From positions 1 to 27,866 of IMG/VR virus record IMGVR_UViG_3300017722_000385: DNA of 27,866 bases. One strand, given 5' to 3'. Below are positions 26,801 through 27,866 of the stretch, one piece after another. The notes beneath the pieces are model-generated. The model was not told where the DNA came from. It saw only the letters and a program-made list of their open reading frames with translations, and made no database searches. Every line of letters starts with the position of its first letter. Within the stretch, counting starts at the first letter, position 1. The position numbers and the translations under genes are program-made. This stretch comes from a virus. Taxonomy: Duplodnaviria > Caudoviricetes.

Positions 26801-27866
26801 TTCCTGCAGGACAATACGCTGGCGACCGAAAGTGATTTTAACGTAGGCAAGTTGGCCGGTAAAGCCCGTGGTTACACCACCGTAATCCAACTCGGCGGTT
26901 CCATTGCGCAGGGCGTAATGAACTTGGCTTCGCCGTACACCAACTGGATGCCCTACATGATGTCGTACAATGCCCGCAATGGCTTTGGTGGCGGGTTCGG
27001 TATGGGTGCCGTTGTGTCCGAATACCACCGCGCGCTTGGGCAGGTCGGTTTGGCTGGTCTCAGGGGTGGCGAGTACAACACCGCCAAGTTCTACGAGGAC
27101 ATGGTTAGCGACTCGGCGGCTTTAATCCGTGCCGGATTGACGGCAGAAGAAGCAGCGTTCCTCGCACAGGAAATTAAGGAGGGTAAACTTATCCCTGCAC
27201 AAGCGAACGCGCTGCTTGGTGCAGCTCGTATGGATATTACCAACCGTTACGCGCTCAAGGCGCTCGACTTGTACATGGCCCCGTTCAACCTGTCAGAACA
27301 GGCATCTCGTCGTGCTGCTGCGCTGGCTGCCTTTCGCTTGATGAACCGCCGTCTCACTAGCTCAAATATGTCTCAGGAGAAGCGCATTGCAGCGGCGCGC
27401 GATTTCTCCATTCAGTCGCTCGACTTCGCACTGGGCGAGTACAACATGATGAACCGCCCACCTGCATGGCGTGATGGCATCGGCTCGTTCCTGTTTATGT
27501 ACAAGGTGTTCGCTACCACCACGATCCAGATGCTGGCTCGTATGGACCGCAAGGGTCAGGTTCTCATGCTTGGGTCACTGTGGTTCTTGGCTGGCGTCGA
27601 GGGCTTTCCGTTTGCCGAGGACTTGGAAGACTTGATCGACACCATTGCACAGGCGCTTGGCCTGTCGATGGGCAGCGTGCGCGCTGAGTTTGCAAAGACC
27701 ATAGAAGGTATTGCTCCGGGTCTGTCGCCCACAATCCTGAAAGGTTTTATTAATGGATACATCGGTCTTCCGGCTGATGTCGCTGCTAAATTCTCACAGG
27801 GTGATTTCGTTCCCGGCACTGGTGCTCTGCTGGCCGGTGCTTCCGTAATCGAAGAGTTCAAGGATA
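20885..27866 (+). CDS. Giant internal virion/ejection polyvalent protein, >2327 aa (3'-truncated; not in the ORF track)
   Basis: ATG at 20885 after AGGGGG. The same frame reads sensibly at 22439, 24521, 26000 and 27842, and the track lists no terminated ORF from this start, which implies no stop in the window. Contains glycine zippers, a Pro-rich linker, an HETLGH motif and a helical/hydrophobic C-terminal region (SEQASRRAAALAAFRL, NRPPAWRDGIGSFLFMYKVF). Confidence 0.88.
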   Translation, partial: MAGLNDPLTQLDYGEQFVRGPQSTTQMSGLAGLAAPANVDIARSNQATLARMRDFGGSLKLTAPQVPDTPTQPQGPVLAISRSTGKIWANGKLFSRDDAQGALESEQFLGGAPTPPPPEEAQDWEPLDPEAYAQHIGKIKNPSLTTLAAKNFGIGVDSMQMIGGYGAQFLGATETGQGIVRQQLEDIRKNAPYQRSLEDVPERGAVEWLVANVAQQGPNLIESLVTAAAGAAAGAAAGGGANPFTAVGGAMSAMVGKQAFKQAVMSAVQKQIRGEVLDAAEEKLLREATGMTVAATKALADDVTNAYGGRTVLTNIINKSAGARNQAMTGGAALASTAQNYATGVADLYGESVEGGQPDRLMAALGGVPYAAAETLPEYLAALRLFKGIGMKVTQAGGRAGRVGTAATNVGVGLGAGAALEGTTEAFQETLGIGMNADVDVDSPEGISRLLNAFAAGAAIGGLVGAGSSLNTGKATDLLSGGTKPAEQGGTTLTSTPEAPPVPYISMPPTAAPTAAQPQGEMFPGTPMGQTPAQVPTGPMQPTAAPGGQIDMFADYQPPPFTPGEPMFIGPEARPLRSALSQVAADSLPGAQPPGAMMLRRGTGGSALAQTADMQGPAMPMPGAPTYAQPSDINPQGELFPSAPTGVQFRAPATPQELPPSADVGGMQLALQPQREPEPPAPPRNAMTDRLAQLRRQMEFEQAQQQAAGTRVTPAEQVYDEALLDQPIVLDTEGASTGKNKLTDDGRRRIIAGFNMLDKQQQDAILVEFDNDETKLLDYVRRAKPPMVRKQLAALAKVEPSAFEVKVPKATAPQAAAQPIVEETANAAEVGQVEQGNKLQREQDRKRVEGRRDNRNVPAQVQEEGRPAGGGNRLKQGKAAQAAKPVAPSKRSKLTREEPTPPKTEGAAAAPSKKAEAGTAVAVVEPKKPVEDIEAKRKVAKAQAEQAEIEALASRALSDQAEVEAMIVAYNEAEPGSVESDDALVALIEYSKDGSIGRGARTRAQDYLAYEVDENDIKLAERKLSGEVDEFTEDQIDLSLISTTIDLFNSGQITKLQSSLIGRLVSAWKRIKSKGMRIGEITAADGSKKDIPAAAYIKGGPQFFNIKNGKIVPEGYFSISQWDNPDSPVPAGRIKLIVQRFTSKLAVKPKVYVFRNQADLKTSDPQLYTKMRAGRAAADFDTAVAAGYSLSDTVIIFSDRIGSEDHLAFVLAHETLGHFGFRGLMGNADFNALMGKLYDSDPRLRAVADITMSIRNLPKSEAVEEYLADYAAQLNTRLVLRFWNGVKSTLNRVGIKFGDEATRYLLSQSRRYVRTGQKSGVFETSSVMSRLWAVEHGQMGRFNTIDMSNDSIAASGAIRSGAPYIPRNLKDAAGKLLNLNMSWDKFKETFFSLSNYQSLRNPGLYNFRRLVDETTNMEQAIFNQYNERLAQVFNRSDADKDTISRVLMEGRIIAANRLINKPLSVDDRREPLFKIENGELIPLGPAIERFIQRGILSEVELRDGVEYVRQYTSEDGNTFSKKERFAGIKSLTKDQYKDYELIRRTIASVELDLLEAKYNSLLHTEDKAFRAISRLLKTSKAQGAMKAMVQKATVRHREIYLANMNADPLGKISLTPEDLAKADNFLAAVNKALISADAKNDPAVRDFFDKQEQADDFIADLEKFRADRKAPDSDLTYLFQNQIKQLILEDVGLAKEDEMAKRTMAGGYVPFIRDNPYEVRIEAVDDKGDPVRLHEDHKRLLVYSQMETIASAKEAADVLANEFKGKTYTALVRQDDGSYKAQQINLRVRYGEAISKLSADPGLNLDEFMHGLRLFQINVPPDKMKQIITTLTEAGDPLRKKLEFANVPGIDKTTGIYAMAKHIQARGAIIAKTTTRPMMRDLMDLYNADSRELWAGNPQGVIKAFEAWKNATDLNYKQHLRHQLDHALFMFRQTVPNSKDWDGSRAQYDKLKGSWAQTNMNRFYNTAQKHLDFLQDNTLATESDFNVGKLAGKARGYTTVIQLGGSIAQGVMNLASPYTNWMPYMMSYNARNGFGGGFGMGAVVSEYHRALGQVGLAGLRGGEYNTAKFYEDMVSDSAALIRAGLTAEEAAFLAQEIKEGKLIPAQANALLGAARMDITNRYALKALDLYMAPFNLSEQASRRAAALAAFRLMNRRLTSSNMSQEKRIAAARDFSIQSLDFALGEYNMMNRPPAWRDGIGSFLFMYKVFATTTIQMLARMDRKGQVLMLGSLWFLAGVEGFPFAEDLEDLIDTIAQALGLSMGSVRAEFAKTIEGIAPGLSPTILKGFINGYIGLPADVAAKFSQGDFVPGTGALLAGASVIEEFKD
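23348..23353 (+). promoter_or_regulatory. Internal Shine-Dalgarno for the nested gene
   Basis: GAGGAG, 7 nt upstream of ATG 23361. Confidence 0.7.
23361..23543 (+). CDS. Nested (+1 frame) small basic phage protein, 60 aa, MPLK...QAVAIALSKAR family
   Basis: Own SD; 51 of 60 codons end in G/C; recognisable family-like sequence; lies entirely within the giant ORF. Confidence 0.78.
   Translation: MPLKSGKSNKVISSNVSKIVNEWKGDGTIGTSRPKSKKKAVQQAVAIALSKARPRKPQSR

Noticed and set aside
21019-27861. Many minus-strand ORFs and other short + ORFs over the last 7 kb
   Set aside because: They are shadows of the giant + strand ORF. Only 23361..23543 combines an SD, codon bias and a family-like sequence.

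Overview
This is the virion-morphogenesis and lysis region of a tailed dsDNA phage, most likely a podovirus: there is no tail tube, sheath or tape-measure gene, and it carries adaptor, nozzle and ejection-protein genes instead. Every gene I can support is on the + strand. Order: three receptor-binding/tailspike genes, a small conserved protein, a lysis cassette (membrane protein, T7 gp3.5-like amidase, holin, membrane protein), portal, small protein, scaffold, major capsid, decoration and fibre proteins, two basic low-complexity proteins, two head-tail adaptors, a nozzle with inserted beta-repeats, and ejection proteins (a glycine-zipper pilot, a lytic transglycosylase, and a giant protein of more than 2300 aa that runs off the window and is missing from the ORF track). 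The strongest finding is a 60-aa basic gene (23361..23543) with its own Shine-Dalgarno and a distinctive codon signature, nested in the +1 frame inside the giant gene. Family assignments come from motif recognition only; no database search was run.
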